A stretch of 64,000 nt of DNA. Origin: Synechococcus sp. GTDB lineage: Bacteria; Cyanobacteriota; Cyanobacteriia; PCC-6307; Cyanobiaceae. Made by a program: the position numbers and the translations under genes. Below are positions 48,377 to 59,189 of the stretch, one piece after another. The stretch lies in contig JBJBDL010000003.1 of assembly GCA_047285305.1 (NCBI GenBank), forward strand, positions 1,536,001-1,600,000. The letters run 5' to 3'. The notes beneath the pieces were generated by a model. The model saw only the letters and a list, made by a program, of their open reading frames with translations, had not been told where the DNA came from and searched no databases. Numbering within the stretch: position 1 is the first letter of the stretch; each line of letters starts with the position of its first letter.

Positions 48377-50008
48377 CTGAACCCCAGTTCCCTTGACCCC
48401 GCGAACGAACCGATCGCGTTTGATGCCATCAGCGACGCCCTGGCGGCGATCCGCAATGGGGAATGCGTTGTCGTGGTGGACGACGAACAACGGGAGAACG
48501 AAGGCGATCTGATCTGCGCGGCCCAGTTCGCCACCCCGGAAGCGATCAACTTCATGGCCACCGAGGCACGGGGCCTGATCTGTCTGGCCATGGAGGGGCA
48601 GAGGCTGGACGAACTGGATCTGCCGCTGATGGTGGACCGCAACACCGATGCCAACGAAACGGCCTTCACCGTGAGCATCGATGCCGGCATCGAACATGGG
48701 GTGACCACCGGCATCTCCGCCGAAGACCGCGCCGCCACGATTCAGGTGGCCCTCAACCCAGCCACACGGCCAGCGGAACTGCGCCGACCTGGGCACATCT
48801 TTCCCCTGCGCGCCCGTCCCGGCGGCGTGCTCAAACGGGCCGGTCACACCGAAGCCGCCGTGGATCTGGCTCAGCTGGCGGGCCTCAGCCCCTCCGGAGT
48901 GATCTGTGAAATCCAGAACAGCGATGGCTCGATGGCCCGCTTGCCCGAGCTGCGCAGCTACGCCGATCGCTGGGGGCTGAAGCTAATCAGCATTGCTGAC
49001 CTGATCCGCTACCGGCTGGAGAACGAGCGCTTCGTTCGCCGCATGGCCCAGGCCCAGATGCCCAGCCGCTTCGGCAGCTTTCAGGCGGTGGGCTACCGCA
49101 ACGAACTGGATGGCTCCGAACACGTGGCCCTGATCAAGGGTGAGCCCAATGCCCTGAGCGAACCCGTGCTGGTGCGCATGCATTCCGAATGCCTCACCGG
49201 CGATGCCTTCGGCTCACTGCGCTGCGACTGCCGGCCCCAGCTCGAGGCGGCCCTGCGTCAGATCGAAGCGGAGGGCGAGGGTGTGGTCGTTTATTTGCGC
49301 CAGGAAGGGCGGGGCATCGGCCTGATCAACAAATTGAAGGCCTACAGCCTCCAGGAAGCCGGGCTCGACACCGTTGAAGCCAATGAGCGGCTTGGCTTCC
49401 CGGCGGATCTGCGCAACTACGGCGTTGGCGCACAGATTCTCTCCGACCTCGGCATCCATCGGCTGCGGTTGCTCACCAACAACCCCCGCAAGATTGCCGG
49501 CCTTGGCGGCTATGGCCTGCAGGTGGAGGAGCGGGTACCTCTGGTGATGGACCCCGGTGCCCACAACGCCGACTACCTGGCGGCCAAGCGGGAGAAGCTC
49601 GGGCATCTGTTCGAATCCGAGAGTCCCTGCGTGGTGCTGGCTCTGGCGGTGAACGTGGGCCCCGAAAGCTGGCCCACCATTCGCCAGGAAGTGGAAGCCA
49701 TCGCCCAGCGCCATGGCTTCAGCCTTGAGGCCCTGCATGAACCCCGCTTGTTAGCGCTGTGGGATCGACCGCAATTCGTCTGGAAACTGATTCCCGACGG
49801 CGCCGATGCAGCCCCCCTGCTCAAGAGCCTGGCGGCCCTGGCGGCCACCGAGCGGGTGGGTCTGATGCGCGTTCCCACGGAGCGGATGGCGTTGCACCCG
49901 CCCCAGACCCTGGAACGGGTGGAACATCAACTCAATGAGTTGATCAACCTGGGCAGTGACGAACTGCTGGAAAACGGCCCGTCACTGCTGCATTGGACCC
50001 GGAGCTAA
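48377..50008 (+). CDS. ribBA: Bifunctional DHBP synthase / GTP cyclohydrolase II
   Basis: [41 protein letters not shown] and QEGRGIG. The frame is open upstream of GTG 48473 to a CTG at 48377. Confidence 0.93.
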   Translation: MNPSSLDPANEPIAFDAISDALAAIRNGECVVVVDDEQRENEGDLICAAQFATPEAINFMATEARGLICLAMEGQRLDELDLPLMVDRNTDANETAFTVSIDAGIEHGVTTGISAEDRAATIQVALNPATRPAELRRPGHIFPLRARPGGVLKRAGHTEAAVDLAQLAGLSPSGVICEIQNSDGSMARLPELRSYADRWGLKLISIADLIRYRLENERFVRRMAQAQMPSRFGSFQAVGYRNELDGSEHVALIKGEPNALSEPVLVRMHSECLTGDAFGSLRCDCRPQLEAALRQIEAEGEGVVVYLRQEGRGIGLINKLKAYSLQEAGLDTVEANERLGFPADLRNYGVGAQILSDLGIHRLRLLTNNPRKIAGLGGYGLQVEERVPLVMDPGAHNADYLAAKREKLGHLFESESPCVVLALAVNVGPESWPTIRQEVEAIAQRHGFSLEALHEPRLLALWDRPQFVWKLIPDGADAAPLLKSLAALAATERVGLMRVPTERMALHPPQTLERVEHQLNELINLGSDELLENGPSLLHWTRS

Positions 50009-50452
50009 TCAGCCTTCCTGGATCGTCACTTTGTTGATCTTGGAGCCGTTGGCCAGCTTCAGCACCACATCCATGTTGCCTGTGTGGCCGAACACGGTGT
50101 GCACGCCATCGAGGTGAGGCTGGGCCTCATGGCAGATGTAGAACTGCGAGCCGCCGGTGTTGCGACCGGCATGGGCCATAGCCAGGGTGCCGGCCTGGTG
50201 CTTCTGCTGGTTGATCTCGCAATCGATCTGGTAGCCGGGGCCGCCGGTACCGGCCATGCCGCGGGCGCCTTCACGGCTGTTGGGGCAGCCCCCCTGGGCC
50301 ATGAAGCCGGGGATGACGCGGTGAAAGGCCAGACCGTCGTAGAAGCCATCCTTGGCCAGCTTCACGAAGTTGGCGACGGTGTTCGGGGCATCGGCTTCGA
50401 ACAGCTCGAGCTCGATCAGGCCTGCTTCAGTGTCCATCAAGGCCTTGGTCAT
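50009..50452 (-). CDS. Cyclophilin-type peptidyl-prolyl isomerase
   Basis: [25 protein letters not shown] and [10 protein letters not shown]. Confidence 0.95.
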   Translation of the reverse strand: MTKALMDTEAGLIELELFEADAPNTVANFVKLAKDGFYDGLAFHRVIPGFMAQGGCPNSREGARGMAGTGGPGYQIDCEINQQKHQAGTLAMAHAGRNTGGSQFYICHEAQPHLDGVHTVFGHTGNMDVVLKLANGSKINKVTIQEG

Positions 50453-50492
50453 GGTGGCGCGAGCAAAATTGGAGTGTAAAGAGACGCCGACC

Positions 50493-51401
50493 ATGCCCGA
50501 CCTCTCCCAAGCCCGCGTCGGTGTGATCGGCGGCAGCGGCCTCTATTCGATCCCCGGCTTGCAGCAGGTGGAGGAACGCACGGTCGACACACCCTTCGGG
50601 GCACCATCCGATCAACTGCGCCTGGGAGAGCTCGCGGGCGTCGAAACCGTCTTCCTGGCCCGCCACGGCCGCCATCACCATCTGCTTCCCAGTGAAGTGC
50701 CCTACCGAGCCAACATCTGGGCGATGCGTTCCCTGGGGGTGCGCTGGCTGATCTCGCTCTCGGCGGTGGGGTCGCTGCAGGAGCATCTGCAGCCACGCGA
50801 CATGGTCGTGCCCGATCAGTTCATCGACCGCACCCGGGACCGGCCCGCCAGTTTCTTCGGCAACGGCTGCGTGGCCCACGTCAGCCTTGCGGACCCCTTC
50901 TGCCCCAATTTGAGTGCCCTGTTGGCCGATGCCACTGAACAGGGGTTGCCGGAGGGTCGACGGCTGCATCGCGGTGGCACCTATCTCTGCATGGAGGGCC
51001 CCGCCTTCTCCACCCGTGCCGAAAGCAAGCTCTACCGCTCCTGGGATTGTTCGGTGATCGGGATGACCAATCACACCGAAGCCCGTCTGGCCCGGGAAGC
51101 CGAACTGGCCTATGCCTCCCTGAGCATGGTCACCGACTTCGACTGCTGGCATGAGGATCACGACGCTGTCTCAGTGGAGATGGTGATCGGCAACCTTCAG
51201 GCCAATGCCTCAGCCACTGAACCGATCCTGAGTGGATTGATGCAGCGGCTCAAACAGGACCCTCCCGCCTCGCCGGCCCACACAGCCCTCGCCAATGCCC
51301 TGATCACCCCCAAAGATCAAGTCCCGAAACAGACCCGGTCCAACCTTGATCTGTTCACCGCCCCCTACTGGGGACCGTTCGATCAGGCATCCGCCAGCTG
51401 A
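50493..51401 (+). CDS. mtnP: S-methyl-5'-thioadenosine phosphorylase
   Basis: [41 protein letters not shown] and VTDFDCW. Confidence 0.93.
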   Translation: MPDLSQARVGVIGGSGLYSIPGLQQVEERTVDTPFGAPSDQLRLGELAGVETVFLARHGRHHHLLPSEVPYRANIWAMRSLGVRWLISLSAVGSLQEHLQPRDMVVPDQFIDRTRDRPASFFGNGCVAHVSLADPFCPNLSALLADATEQGLPEGRRLHRGGTYLCMEGPAFSTRAESKLYRSWDCSVIGMTNHTEARLAREAELAYASLSMVTDFDCWHEDHDAVSVEMVIGNLQANASATEPILSGLMQRLKQDPPASPAHTALANALITPKDQVPKQTRSNLDLFTAPYWGPFDQASAS

Positions 51402-52333
51402 GCGCCGCAGGCGGCCAAGGCCGGCCTCAACTGTTGGTTGTGCTGCTGCAGAAGAGCCTTGGCCTGGTCCACCGACAAGGCTGCAGCGGCCATCAACAGG
51501 GCGAGTTTCACCGATCCGCCGGCCTCCTCCAGCAGCGTCAGCCCCCGCTCCCGCTCCACACCGGCAAGATCCCGCAGGATCCGCAAGGACCGGTCCACCA
51601 GCTTGCTGTTGCTGGCGGCCACATCCACCATGCGGTTGCCGTAGACCTTGCCCAGCTTCACCATCACGGCGGTGGAGAGGGTGTTCAAGGCCAGTTTTGT
51701 GGCGGTTCCAGCCTTCATCCGGGTGGATCCCGTCAGCAGCTCAGGGCCCGTGAGCAGGCGGATGTCGATGTCGCAGGGAAGGGGCGCCTGCTCCGTTGGA
51801 ACGCAGGCCATGGCCATGGCGAGGGCTCCGATGCTTTTGGCGAAGGCCAGCCCACCGCGCACGTAGGGGGTGGTGCCGCCTGCGGCGATGCCCACCAGGC
51901 AATCCTTGGCGCAGAAGCCCCTCTCCTCGAGATCGGCACGTCCGGCGGCCTCAATGTCCTCAAGCCCTTCCGAGCTGCGCAGCAACGCGGCGGAGCCACC
52001 GGCGAGAACCCCCTGAACCTGTTGGGGATCACTGCAGAAGGTGGGCGGACATTCCGCGGCATCCAACACCCCCAGTCGTCCGGAGGTGCCAGCACCCAGG
52101 TAGAAGAGCCGGCCTCCGGCACGGAGGCGCTCGGCAACGGAATCAACCGCCTGGGCTAGCGCCGGGGCCACAGCGGCAACAGCCTCCTGGGGGCGACGAT
52201 CCTCGTCTGCAAACAACTCCACCAGCGCCAGGGTGTCGAGCTGATCCAGGCGTGAACTGCGCCGGTTGCTCTGCTCGGTGAGCAGGTGGCCGCGGTCGCT
52301 GGAGGGCTGCAGATCGGGGTGGAACACGGCCAT
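51383..52333 (-). CDS. murQ: N-acetylmuramic acid 6-phosphate etherase
   Basis: GAGTSGRLGVLDAAECPPTF, GPELLTGSTRMKAGTATK and GKVYGNRMVDV. Confidence 0.95.
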   Translation of the reverse strand: MAVFHPDLQPSSDRGHLLTEQSNRRSSRLDQLDTLALVELFADEDRRPQEAVAAVAPALAQAVDSVAERLRAGGRLFYLGAGTSGRLGVLDAAECPPTFCSDPQQVQGVLAGGSAALLRSSEGLEDIEAAGRADLEERGFCAKDCLVGIAAGGTTPYVRGGLAFAKSIGALAMAMACVPTEQAPLPCDIDIRLLTGPELLTGSTRMKAGTATKLALNTLSTAVMVKLGKVYGNRMVDVAASNSKLVDRSLRILRDLAGVERERGLTLLEEAGGSVKLALLMAAAALSVDQAKALLQQHNQQLRPALAACGAQLADA

Positions 52334-52336
52334 GGC

Positions 52337-52810
52337 TCAGAGCAGACCTTCCAGGCGCCGACGCAGCTCATCCAGTTCAGGATTCGATTCCGGTTCGGTC
52401 TCCAATCCCTGGCGCGCGGGCTCAACGCCCTGCTGCTCTGCCACACCGCCGTCAGAAACAGCCTCGTCCGAAACCCCGTCGTTCGCAACCGCGTCGTCCT
52501 TCCAGTTGCTCACATCGCGATTGCTCTGGGGCGGCGCCATGAACAGACGCTCCTCGTCATTGCTGGGCACAAAGCCCGACTCGATCAGCCGAGCCTCGTA
52601 GCCGGCCTCACGGCAGAACAGATCCACATCTTCCCGATCGAGGGCCTCCACCGTCGGAACCGGAAAGTCCTGAGCCTCCAGAAGACCGGCATATCGCTCG
52701 GCATCGTCGGGGTTCTCAAACAGCAGAACCACGGTTCGTCCGGCGATTTCAAGCGAGTGGATGCCTTCGCTATCCGTACCGGCATCAAAGAGCAGGACGT
52801 GGACGCGCAT
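52337..52810 (-). CDS. DUF3110 family protein
   Basis: EGIHSLE..VLLFENPDDAERYAGLLEAQDF..ELDELRRRLEGLL. Confidence 0.85.
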   Translation of the reverse strand: MRVHVLLFDAGTDSEGIHSLEIAGRTVVLLFENPDDAERYAGLLEAQDFPVPTVEALDREDVDLFCREAGYEARLIESGFVPSNDEERLFMAPPQSNRDVSNWKDDAVANDGVSDEAVSDGGVAEQQGVEPARQGLETEPESNPELDELRRRLEGLL

Positions 52811-52853
52811 CGGGAAAACCGTCAGATCAACCGGACCGGAGTCTCACCCATCG

Positions 52854-53786
52854 TCAACCACCCTGCTCGGATTCGCTCGCAAGTTCCTGAAGACGTCGGT
52901 AGAGGGCCCGTTCCGCATCACCCAGATCCAAAGGAATTACCACAACGATCTCCACCAACTGGTCACCCCGCTCGCCATCAAGCTGCAGCCCACGCCCCCG
53001 CAGCCGCAGCAAACGTCCACTGGATGAGCCTGGAGGAACCTGCAGCGTCACAGGGCCATCCAGGGTCGGCACATCCACAGCGCAGCCGAGTGCTGCATCC
53101 GGTGGGAACAGCATCAGCTTGTAGAGCACCCGCAGACCATCAATCCGCAGTCCGTCGTCGGTCACGACCCGGAGCTGCAGGAAATGATCACGGCCACCGG
53201 GGGCAACGCCTTCAAGCCGCAGACGCCAGCCATCCCCAGCAAAGGGGGGCGTGTTCAGCTCGATCACTATGCCGTCATCGAGCGTCAGTTCCACCACGGT
53301 TCCCTGGAGAGCCTGATCCGGAGTGAGATGCACCACCGACTCGAGATCCTCTACAGCACGCACCGGCGGCGGCGGCGGCGGTGCCGACACTGGGGGTTCA
53401 TGGCCCCTGTTGTCACGGCTAGCGTCATTAACCCGGAAGGGGGAATCGAGCTCATCCTCAACCTCAACTGAGGAACGACTTGTTCCGCCACCGAAGATCA
53501 CATCGAGGTAGTCCTCAAAATCTGGGAAGCCCTGGGCAAATGGATCGGCAACATGCGAACGGGAGCCCCCTCCCCGCTGCCAGGCCTCACGCCGGCGGGG
53601 ATCGCTGAGCACCGCATAGGCCTCATTGACCAACTTGAAGCGCTCTTCAGCAACGGGATCGTTGCTGTTGAGATCGGGGTGCCAGCGGCGCGCCTCCCGG
53701 CGGAAGGCCCGTTTTAGTTGCTGATCCGTGCAGTCGGCATCGACCCCCAGCAGAGACCAGTAATCAGGCTCAGCGGTAGATGTCAT
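52854..53786 (-). CDS. DnaJ-class co-chaperone (J domain plus DnaJ C-terminal domain)
   Basis: DYWSLLGV..RRWHPDLN..FKLVNEAYAVLSD and VPTLDG..LRLRGRG; overlaps the dnaK stop. Confidence 0.9.
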   Translation of the reverse strand: MTSTAEPDYWSLLGVDADCTDQQLKRAFRREARRWHPDLNSNDPVAEERFKLVNEAYAVLSDPRRREAWQRGGGSRSHVADPFAQGFPDFEDYLDVIFGGGTSRSSVEVEDELDSPFRVNDASRDNRGHEPPVSAPPPPPPVRAVEDLESVVHLTPDQALQGTVVELTLDDGIVIELNTPPFAGDGWRLRLEGVAPGGRDHFLQLRVVTDDGLRIDGLRVLYKLMLFPPDAALGCAVDVPTLDGPVTLQVPPGSSSGRLLRLRGRGLQLDGERGDQLVEIVVVIPLDLGDAERALYRRLQELASESEQGG

Positions 53787-55761
53787 CGTCCCACGGCGCA
53801 GGGTCACGCCGGCTCAGACCACGGCCACGGTCACCCGGACGGCTGGGGGGACCCCAGGGGTCGTCGTCCCAGTCATCGGCAAATAGCTCATCCTTGAGAG
53901 AGCCCAAAGTATTGCGGATCCCCTGAAGCGCGCTGCCATCGGCCTGACGTTCCGCCGACAGCCGGCGGTTCAACCCGAACAACGCCTCCTCGAGACCACT
54001 CACGCAGAGATCAAGCTCTTGAAGGTCGTCGTTGGCGAGGCAGTCCTGCACGTCACGCATGGCCATTTCAACGGCCCGTTGCTGCCGTTCAGCTCCATAG
54101 GGCCCCAGCTCGAGAGAGGCATCCCGCAGCCTCCGTTCCGCCTGGGCAAGCAAGGTCTGAGCCCGGTTGCGGCGCTCGATCTGATTGCGTTTGCGCCTGT
54201 CCTCATCAGCTCTCGCTTCCGCTTCTGCCAGCAGAGCAGTTACATCCTCCTCATTGAGGTTCGAGCCGCCCTGAATCGACACCGACTGCTTGCGGCCGGT
54301 AGTGCGGTCTGTGGCACTGACCTGCAGCAGGCCATTGGCATCGATGTCGAAGGCCACCTGCACCTGGGGCACCCCCCGCGGGGCGGGTGGAATCCCGGAG
54401 AGCCTGAAACGTCCAAGGGATTTATTGTCGGTTGCCATCTGGCGCTCCCCTTGCCAGACATGGATTTCCACGGACGACTGATTGGCTTCCGAGGTGCTGA
54501 ACACATCGGACTGACGCACGGGGATCGGCGTGTTGCGAGGAATCAGCACCTTCATCAATCCGCCGATGGTCTCCAGTCCTAGCGACAGGGGGGTGACGTC
54601 GTTGAGCAGCAGATCCCTGAGTTCACCGGTGAGGATTCCGGCCTGTACCGCAGCACCGATCGCCACCACCTCATCAGGGTTCACCGATTGGCAGGGATCG
54701 ATTGGCACGAGGGTGCGCACCAGTTGCTGAACCATCGGCATCCGCGTGGCACCACCTACAAGCACGACGTCATCGATGTCATCAGCCGACCAACCGGAGT
54801 CGCGTAGCGCCGCCTGGACTGGACTCAGCAGACGATCCAGCAGATCGGGGCAGAGCCCTTCGAAGGTGGCGCGGTCCAGGCGGGTTTCGATGTGCAGCGG
54901 ACCGTCGCTGCCGGTGGCAATGAAGGGAAGCGAAATCGGGGTGCTCAGCACGCCGGAGAGTTCCTGCTTCGCCTTCTCAGCCGCTTCCGTCAACCGCTGC
55001 AAGGCCTGACGATCGCGGCGCAGATCAACCTTGTGCTCCTCCTCAAAGGCATCAGCCAGCCAGTTGACGATGCGTTGATCGAAATCGTTGCCACCGAGTT
55101 GCGTGTCGCCGTTCGTCGCCTTGACGTCAAAAACTCCATTGGCGATGCGCAGCAGCGACACATCAAAGGTTCCTCCACCGAGGTCGAAGACCAGGACCCT
55201 TTTGACGGCGCTTCGGTCAAAGCCATAGGCCAGAGCAGCTGCGGTGGGCTCATTGAGGATGCGCTCCACCGAGATGCCCGCCAGGCGTCCGGCGTCGCGG
55301 GTGGCCTGTCGCTGCGCGTCGTTGAAGTAAGCGGGCACGGTCACCACGGCCGCTTCCACCGGTTCACCCAGATAGGTGGACGCGTCATCGACAAGCTTGC
55401 GAATGATGCTGGCCACCAGTTCTTCGGGCGCGTATTCCCGCTCGGTCACCGGACAGGGCACCCGAACCTGCCCCTGGTCGTTGGCACGCACCGTGTAGGG
55501 AACCGACAGGCTGCTGTCCTCCAGCTCGTCCCAGTCCCGGCCGACGAACCGCTTCAGGTTCGAGAAGGTGTTGCGGGGGCTGAGCACCAGCTGGCGCCTG
55601 GCCAGCTGCCCCACCAGCAGTTCTTGATCTTTGGTGTATCCGACAACAGATGGGGTGGTTCGGCCGCCCTCGGCATTGGCGATCACGTGGGGACGACCTG
55701 CCTCAAGCACAGCGACGACCGAATTGGTGGTCCCCAGATCGATTCCGACGATCCGCCCCAT
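53770..55761 (-). CDS. dnaK: Hsp70 chaperone DnaK (cyanobacterial DnaK3-type paralogue)
   Basis: GIDLGTTNS, TVPAYFNDAQRQAT and DLGGGTFDVS; acidic Trp-containing tail; coupled to a dnaJ gene. Confidence 0.95.
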   Translation of the reverse strand: MGRIVGIDLGTTNSVVAVLEAGRPHVIANAEGGRTTPSVVGYTKDQELLVGQLARRQLVLSPRNTFSNLKRFVGRDWDELEDSSLSVPYTVRANDQGQVRVPCPVTEREYAPEELVASIIRKLVDDASTYLGEPVEAAVVTVPAYFNDAQRQATRDAGRLAGISVERILNEPTAAALAYGFDRSAVKRVLVFDLGGGTFDVSLLRIANGVFDVKATNGDTQLGGNDFDQRIVNWLADAFEEEHKVDLRRDRQALQRLTEAAEKAKQELSGVLSTPISLPFIATGSDGPLHIETRLDRATFEGLCPDLLDRLLSPVQAALRDSGWSADDIDDVVLVGGATRMPMVQQLVRTLVPIDPCQSVNPDEVVAIGAAVQAGILTGELRDLLLNDVTPLSLGLETIGGLMKVLIPRNTPIPVRQSDVFSTSEANQSSVEIHVWQGERQMATDNKSLGRFRLSGIPPAPRGVPQVQVAFDIDANGLLQVSATDRTTGRKQSVSIQGGSNLNEEDVTALLAEAEARADEDRRKRNQIERRNRAQTLLAQAERRLRDASLELGPYGAERQQRAVEMAMRDVQDCLANDDLQELDLCVSGLEEALFGLNRRLSAERQADGSALQGIRNTLGSLKDELFADDWDDDPWGPPSRPGDRGRGLSRRDPAPWDDDIYR

Positions 55762-55884
55762 ATCTCTGAAAACTTGATCCCCACGCTAACGGCAGGTTCA
55801 AACCGGCTCCAGCCCCCGCTTAAACCGTTCTTGATGACCTCCAGTGGTTCGGGTCATACGTTGTAAGGGCGCGCCATTGGATGC

Positions 55885-56832
55885 ATGTCCGACCAGGACA
55901 GTCGTTACTTGCTCCGAAGCCGTCCACCAGCAGAAAAGCTAGTGGACATCAGTTTCAGAAACCTCGCCATCGCCATGGCCTCCGTAGTGGCGATCGTTCT
56001 ATTTTCGATCCTCGTGGTGGTTTTCCAGGGGAGCCTGGATTCCATGGCCCGCTACGGCTGGCAATTTCTGGTCACCTCAGACTGGAATCCCGTGGACGAT
56101 CAGTACGGGGCCGGAGCCGCGATCTACGGCACCTTGATCACATCACTGGTCGCGTTGATGATCGCGGTGCCCCTCGGGGTTGGCACAGCTATTTTCATCA
56201 CCGAAAACATCATCCCCAAGCGGATCAGGGAAGTGATCGGCCTGATGGTGGAACTGCTCGCGGCGATCCCATCCGTGGTACTAGGCCTCTGGGCAATTTT
56301 TGTCATGGAACCGTTCATCAGGCCTGGGCTTGAACTTCTCTATCAGCTGTTCAATTGGTTCCCCCTGTTCAGCACCCCACCGATGGGTCCTGGCACCATT
56401 CCTGCGGTGTTGATCCTGGTAGTGATGATCCTGCCGATCATCACGGCAATCTCCCGAGATTGCCTGAATCAGGTTCCACCGCAACTCCGCCAGGCGGCCT
56501 ATGGGGTAGGCACAACACGCTGGGGAGCCATCATCAATGTGATTCTCCCGGCAGCGATTTCCGGCATCATTGGTGGTGTGATGTTGGCCTTAGGTCGGGC
56601 CATGGGCGAAACCATGGCGGTGACAATGATCATCGGAAATTCCAACAACTTCAGCGTGTCGCTGCTGGCCCCCGGCAACACCATCGCGGCGATGTTGGCC
56701 AATCAATTTGGTGAGGCGGATGGCTCCCAGGTGTCATCACTGATGTACGCAGCGTTCGTGCTGATTGTTCTCACCCTGTGCGTGAATATTTTTGCCCAGT
56801 GGATCGTGAAGCGTTTGAGCCTGAAGTACTGA
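55885..56832 (+). CDS. pstC: Phosphate ABC transporter permease PstC
   Basis: ELLAAIPSVVLGLW, ILPIIT and ALGRAMGETMAV. Confidence 0.95.
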   Translation: MSDQDSRYLLRSRPPAEKLVDISFRNLAIAMASVVAIVLFSILVVVFQGSLDSMARYGWQFLVTSDWNPVDDQYGAGAAIYGTLITSLVALMIAVPLGVGTAIFITENIIPKRIREVIGLMVELLAAIPSVVLGLWAIFVMEPFIRPGLELLYQLFNWFPLFSTPPMGPGTIPAVLILVVMILPIITAISRDCLNQVPPQLRQAAYGVGTTRWGAIINVILPAAISGIIGGVMLALGRAMGETMAVTMIIGNSNNFSVSLLAPGNTIAAMLANQFGEADGSQVSSLMYAAFVLIVLTLCVNIFAQWIVKRLSLKY

Positions 56833-56833
56833 C

Positions 56834-57751
56834 ATGACACAAATGCTCACCCACAACAAAGCAGAGTCAGCATCTGACCTCAGCTACAAACCTTTTCAAC
56901 GCAGAAACATCAGCAGCAGTGCACTCTCGTTTCTGGCAGCCCTGTTTGCCGCGATTGCAGTCCTACCCCTGATCCTTGTGCTGGGTTACGTGCTCGTGCA
57001 GGGGGGCAGCAAGATCAGCCTGGCCCTGCTGACGCAACTTCCACCACCGCCAGGCCTCGAAGACGGCGGCATCGCCAATGCGATCGTTGGAACGCTTGTG
57101 GTGACGGCCATCGCTGCACTGATCGCAGTTCCGGTGGGCGTCGGTGGCGGCATTTTTCTGGCTGAATACTCCCGTTCGGGATGGTTCGCTCAGTTCATCC
57201 GCTTCGGCACCAATGTGCTGGCCGGGGTGCCATCGATCATTGCTGGCGTTTTCATATACGGCACGATCGTCACCAGTCGAATTCTGTTCGGGAACGCTTA
57301 CAGCGCCGTGGCCGGAGGCATGGCACTGGCGGTGCTGATGCTTCCCACAGTGATCAAAACCACTGATGAAGGCCTGAAGCTGGTGCCCGACGATCTCCGG
57401 CGTGGTGCACTCGGCGTGGGGGCATCCCGGTTCGTCACCGTTGTTCGAATCACCCTCCCTGCCGCATTAACCCCGATTGGCACAGGGGTTGTGCTTGGCG
57501 TCGCCCGAGCAGCAGGCGAAACAGCTCCCTTAATCTTCACTGCTCTGTTCTCACCGTTCTGGTCGGATCTGCTCACGCCGGAAGGGATTTTCGCTCCAAT
57601 AGCGACCCTCTCGGTGATGATCTACAACTTCGCGATCATGCCCTACGAATTTCACAACGAGCTGGCGTGGGCCGCATCGTTTGTGCTCGTGGTGATGATC
57701 CTGGCCCTGAACCTCTTCTCTCGCTGGCTGGCGCGATTTGCTGCCAAATAA
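56834..57751 (+). CDS. pstA: Phosphate ABC transporter permease PstA
   Basis: [20 protein letters not shown] and [13 protein letters not shown]. Confidence 0.95.
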   Translation: MTQMLTHNKAESASDLSYKPFQRRNISSSALSFLAALFAAIAVLPLILVLGYVLVQGGSKISLALLTQLPPPPGLEDGGIANAIVGTLVVTAIAALIAVPVGVGGGIFLAEYSRSGWFAQFIRFGTNVLAGVPSIIAGVFIYGTIVTSRILFGNAYSAVAGGMALAVLMLPTVIKTTDEGLKLVPDDLRRGALGVGASRFVTVVRITLPAALTPIGTGVVLGVARAAGETAPLIFTALFSPFWSDLLTPEGIFAPIATLSVMIYNFAIMPYEFHNELAWAASFVLVVMILALNLFSRWLARFAAK

Positions 57752-57771
57752 ACCACTTCTTACTTAAAACA

Positions 57772-58593
57772 ATGACGACTATTCAACAGCCCCAAGCCGC
57801 CGAGTCCTACAACGCAGACGTCTCCCTTTCCCTGCAGAACGTCACCATCAGCTACGGCAATTTCGAAGCCGTCAAAAACGTCTACTGCGAGATTCCCCGC
57901 GGCAAGGTGACGGCATTCATTGGCCCATCTGGCTGTGGAAAGTCGACGGTACTTCGTTCATTGAATCGGATGAATGATCTGATCGAAGGCTGCTCACTGA
58001 AGGGAAGCATCCTGTTTGGAGGTGTAGACCTCTACGGGCCCAGGATTGATCCCGTGGAAGTGCGCCGCAGGATCGGAATGGTGTTCCAACAACCCAACCC
58101 ATTCCCGAAAAGCATCTACGAAAACATCGCCTTCGGCGCTCGCATCAATGGCTACACAGGTGACATGGATGAGCTTGTTGAGCGTTCCCTCCGCCAGGCG
58201 GCGGTTTGGGATGAGTGCAAAGACAAGCTGAATGAGAGCGGGTATTCGCTGTCCGGCGGACAGCAGCAGCGCCTCTGCATCGCCCGCACGATCGCGATTC
58301 AGCCGGAGGTCATCCTCATGGATGAGCCCTGTTCAGCCCTCGATCCCATCTCAACGTTGAAGATCGAGGAGACGATGCATGAGCTCAAGAAGAGCTTCAC
58401 CATCGTGATAGTCACGCACAACATGCAGCAGGCCGTTCGCGTCAGCGACATGACCGCCTTTTACAACGCAGAGGCCGTTGAAGGCGGAACCGGAAAGGTG
58501 GGATACCTCGTGGAATTCAATGACACCGACAAGATCTTCAACGCCCCCCAACAGCAGGCAACCCAGGACTACGTCTCCGGTCGTTTCGGCTGA
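57772..58593 (+). CDS. pstB: Phosphate ABC transporter ATPase PstB
   Basis: [32 protein letters not shown] and YVSGRFG. Confidence 0.97.
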   Translation: MTTIQQPQAAESYNADVSLSLQNVTISYGNFEAVKNVYCEIPRGKVTAFIGPSGCGKSTVLRSLNRMNDLIEGCSLKGSILFGGVDLYGPRIDPVEVRRRIGMVFQQPNPFPKSIYENIAFGARINGYTGDMDELVERSLRQAAVWDECKDKLNESGYSLSGGQQQRLCIARTIAIQPEVILMDEPCSALDPISTLKIEETMHELKKSFTIVIVTHNMQQAVRVSDMTAFYNAEAVEGGTGKVGYLVEFNDTDKIFNAPQQQATQDYVSGRFG

Positions 58594-58648
58594 TCGCCAA
58601 GCCGGCCCCGAGCAGGGCCGTGATGAGCCTTCAGTCCTCGAAAAGGGC

Positions 58649-58676
58649 AAAAAAAATCCGGTCCTAAAGGACCGGA
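58649..58676 (-). terminator. Rho-independent terminator downstream of tRNA-Ser
   Basis: tccggtcct-aa-aggaccgga hairpin preceded by A8 on the + strand, giving a U-tract on the - strand. Confidence 0.85.
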
Positions 58677-58680
58677 GAAG

Positions 58681-58767
58681 CGGAGAGCGAGGGATTCGAA
58701 CCCTCGATAGAGTTGCCCCTATACAGCATTTCCAGTGCTGCGCCTTCGACCACTCGGCCAGCTCTCC
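58681..58767 (-). tRNA. tRNA-Ser (anticodon GGA)
   Basis: Reverse complement GGAGAGCTGGCCGAGTGGTCGAAGGCGCAGCACT-GGA-AATGCTG, long variable arm, then GGTTCGAATCCCTCGCTCTCCG; CCA not encoded. Confidence 0.97.
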
Positions 58768-58820
58768 ACCGGCTAAATGGGGCAGGTGAGAATGTAGCAG
58801 GGCACTGCCAGCAGACCTTC

Positions 58821-59189
58821 ATGCGTCCCAGCCACAGGATCACGATTCACTGGCGCCAGGAGGGTCGCACCATCACCCACGACGTCCCTGAGGGGGACTA
58901 CATCCTCCACAGCTTCGAAGAGCAGGGTGACCCACTTCCTTTCTCTTGCAGAAATGGATGCTGTACGGAGTGCGCCGTTCGCGTACAGAGCGGCAGCCTC
59001 GACCAGCGCGAAGCCATGGGTCTGTCGCGGGAGCTGAGGGCCAAGGGTTATGGCCTGCTCTGCGTGGCCCGCGCCATCGGCCCCCTGGAAGCCGAAACCC
59101 AAGATGAGGATGAGGTGTACGAGCTCCAGTTCGGACGCCACTTCGGTAAGGGGCGCGTCACCGCGCGCATTCCCCTCGAGGAGGAGTGA
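58821..59189 (+). CDS. Plant-type 2Fe-2S ferredoxin-like protein
   Basis: LPFSCRNGCCTECA..LLCV; C-terminal EDEVYELQFG. Confidence 0.92.
   Translation: MRPSHRITIHWRQEGRTITHDVPEGDYILHSFEEQGDPLPFSCRNGCCTECAVRVQSGSLDQREAMGLSRELRAKGYGLLCVARAIGPLEAETQDEDEVYELQFGRHFGKGRVTARIPLEEE

Noticed and set aside
58681..58767. tRNA-Ser as an island integration site
   Set aside because: Flanked by core genes; I saw no duplicated tRNA 3' end or integrase in the window.
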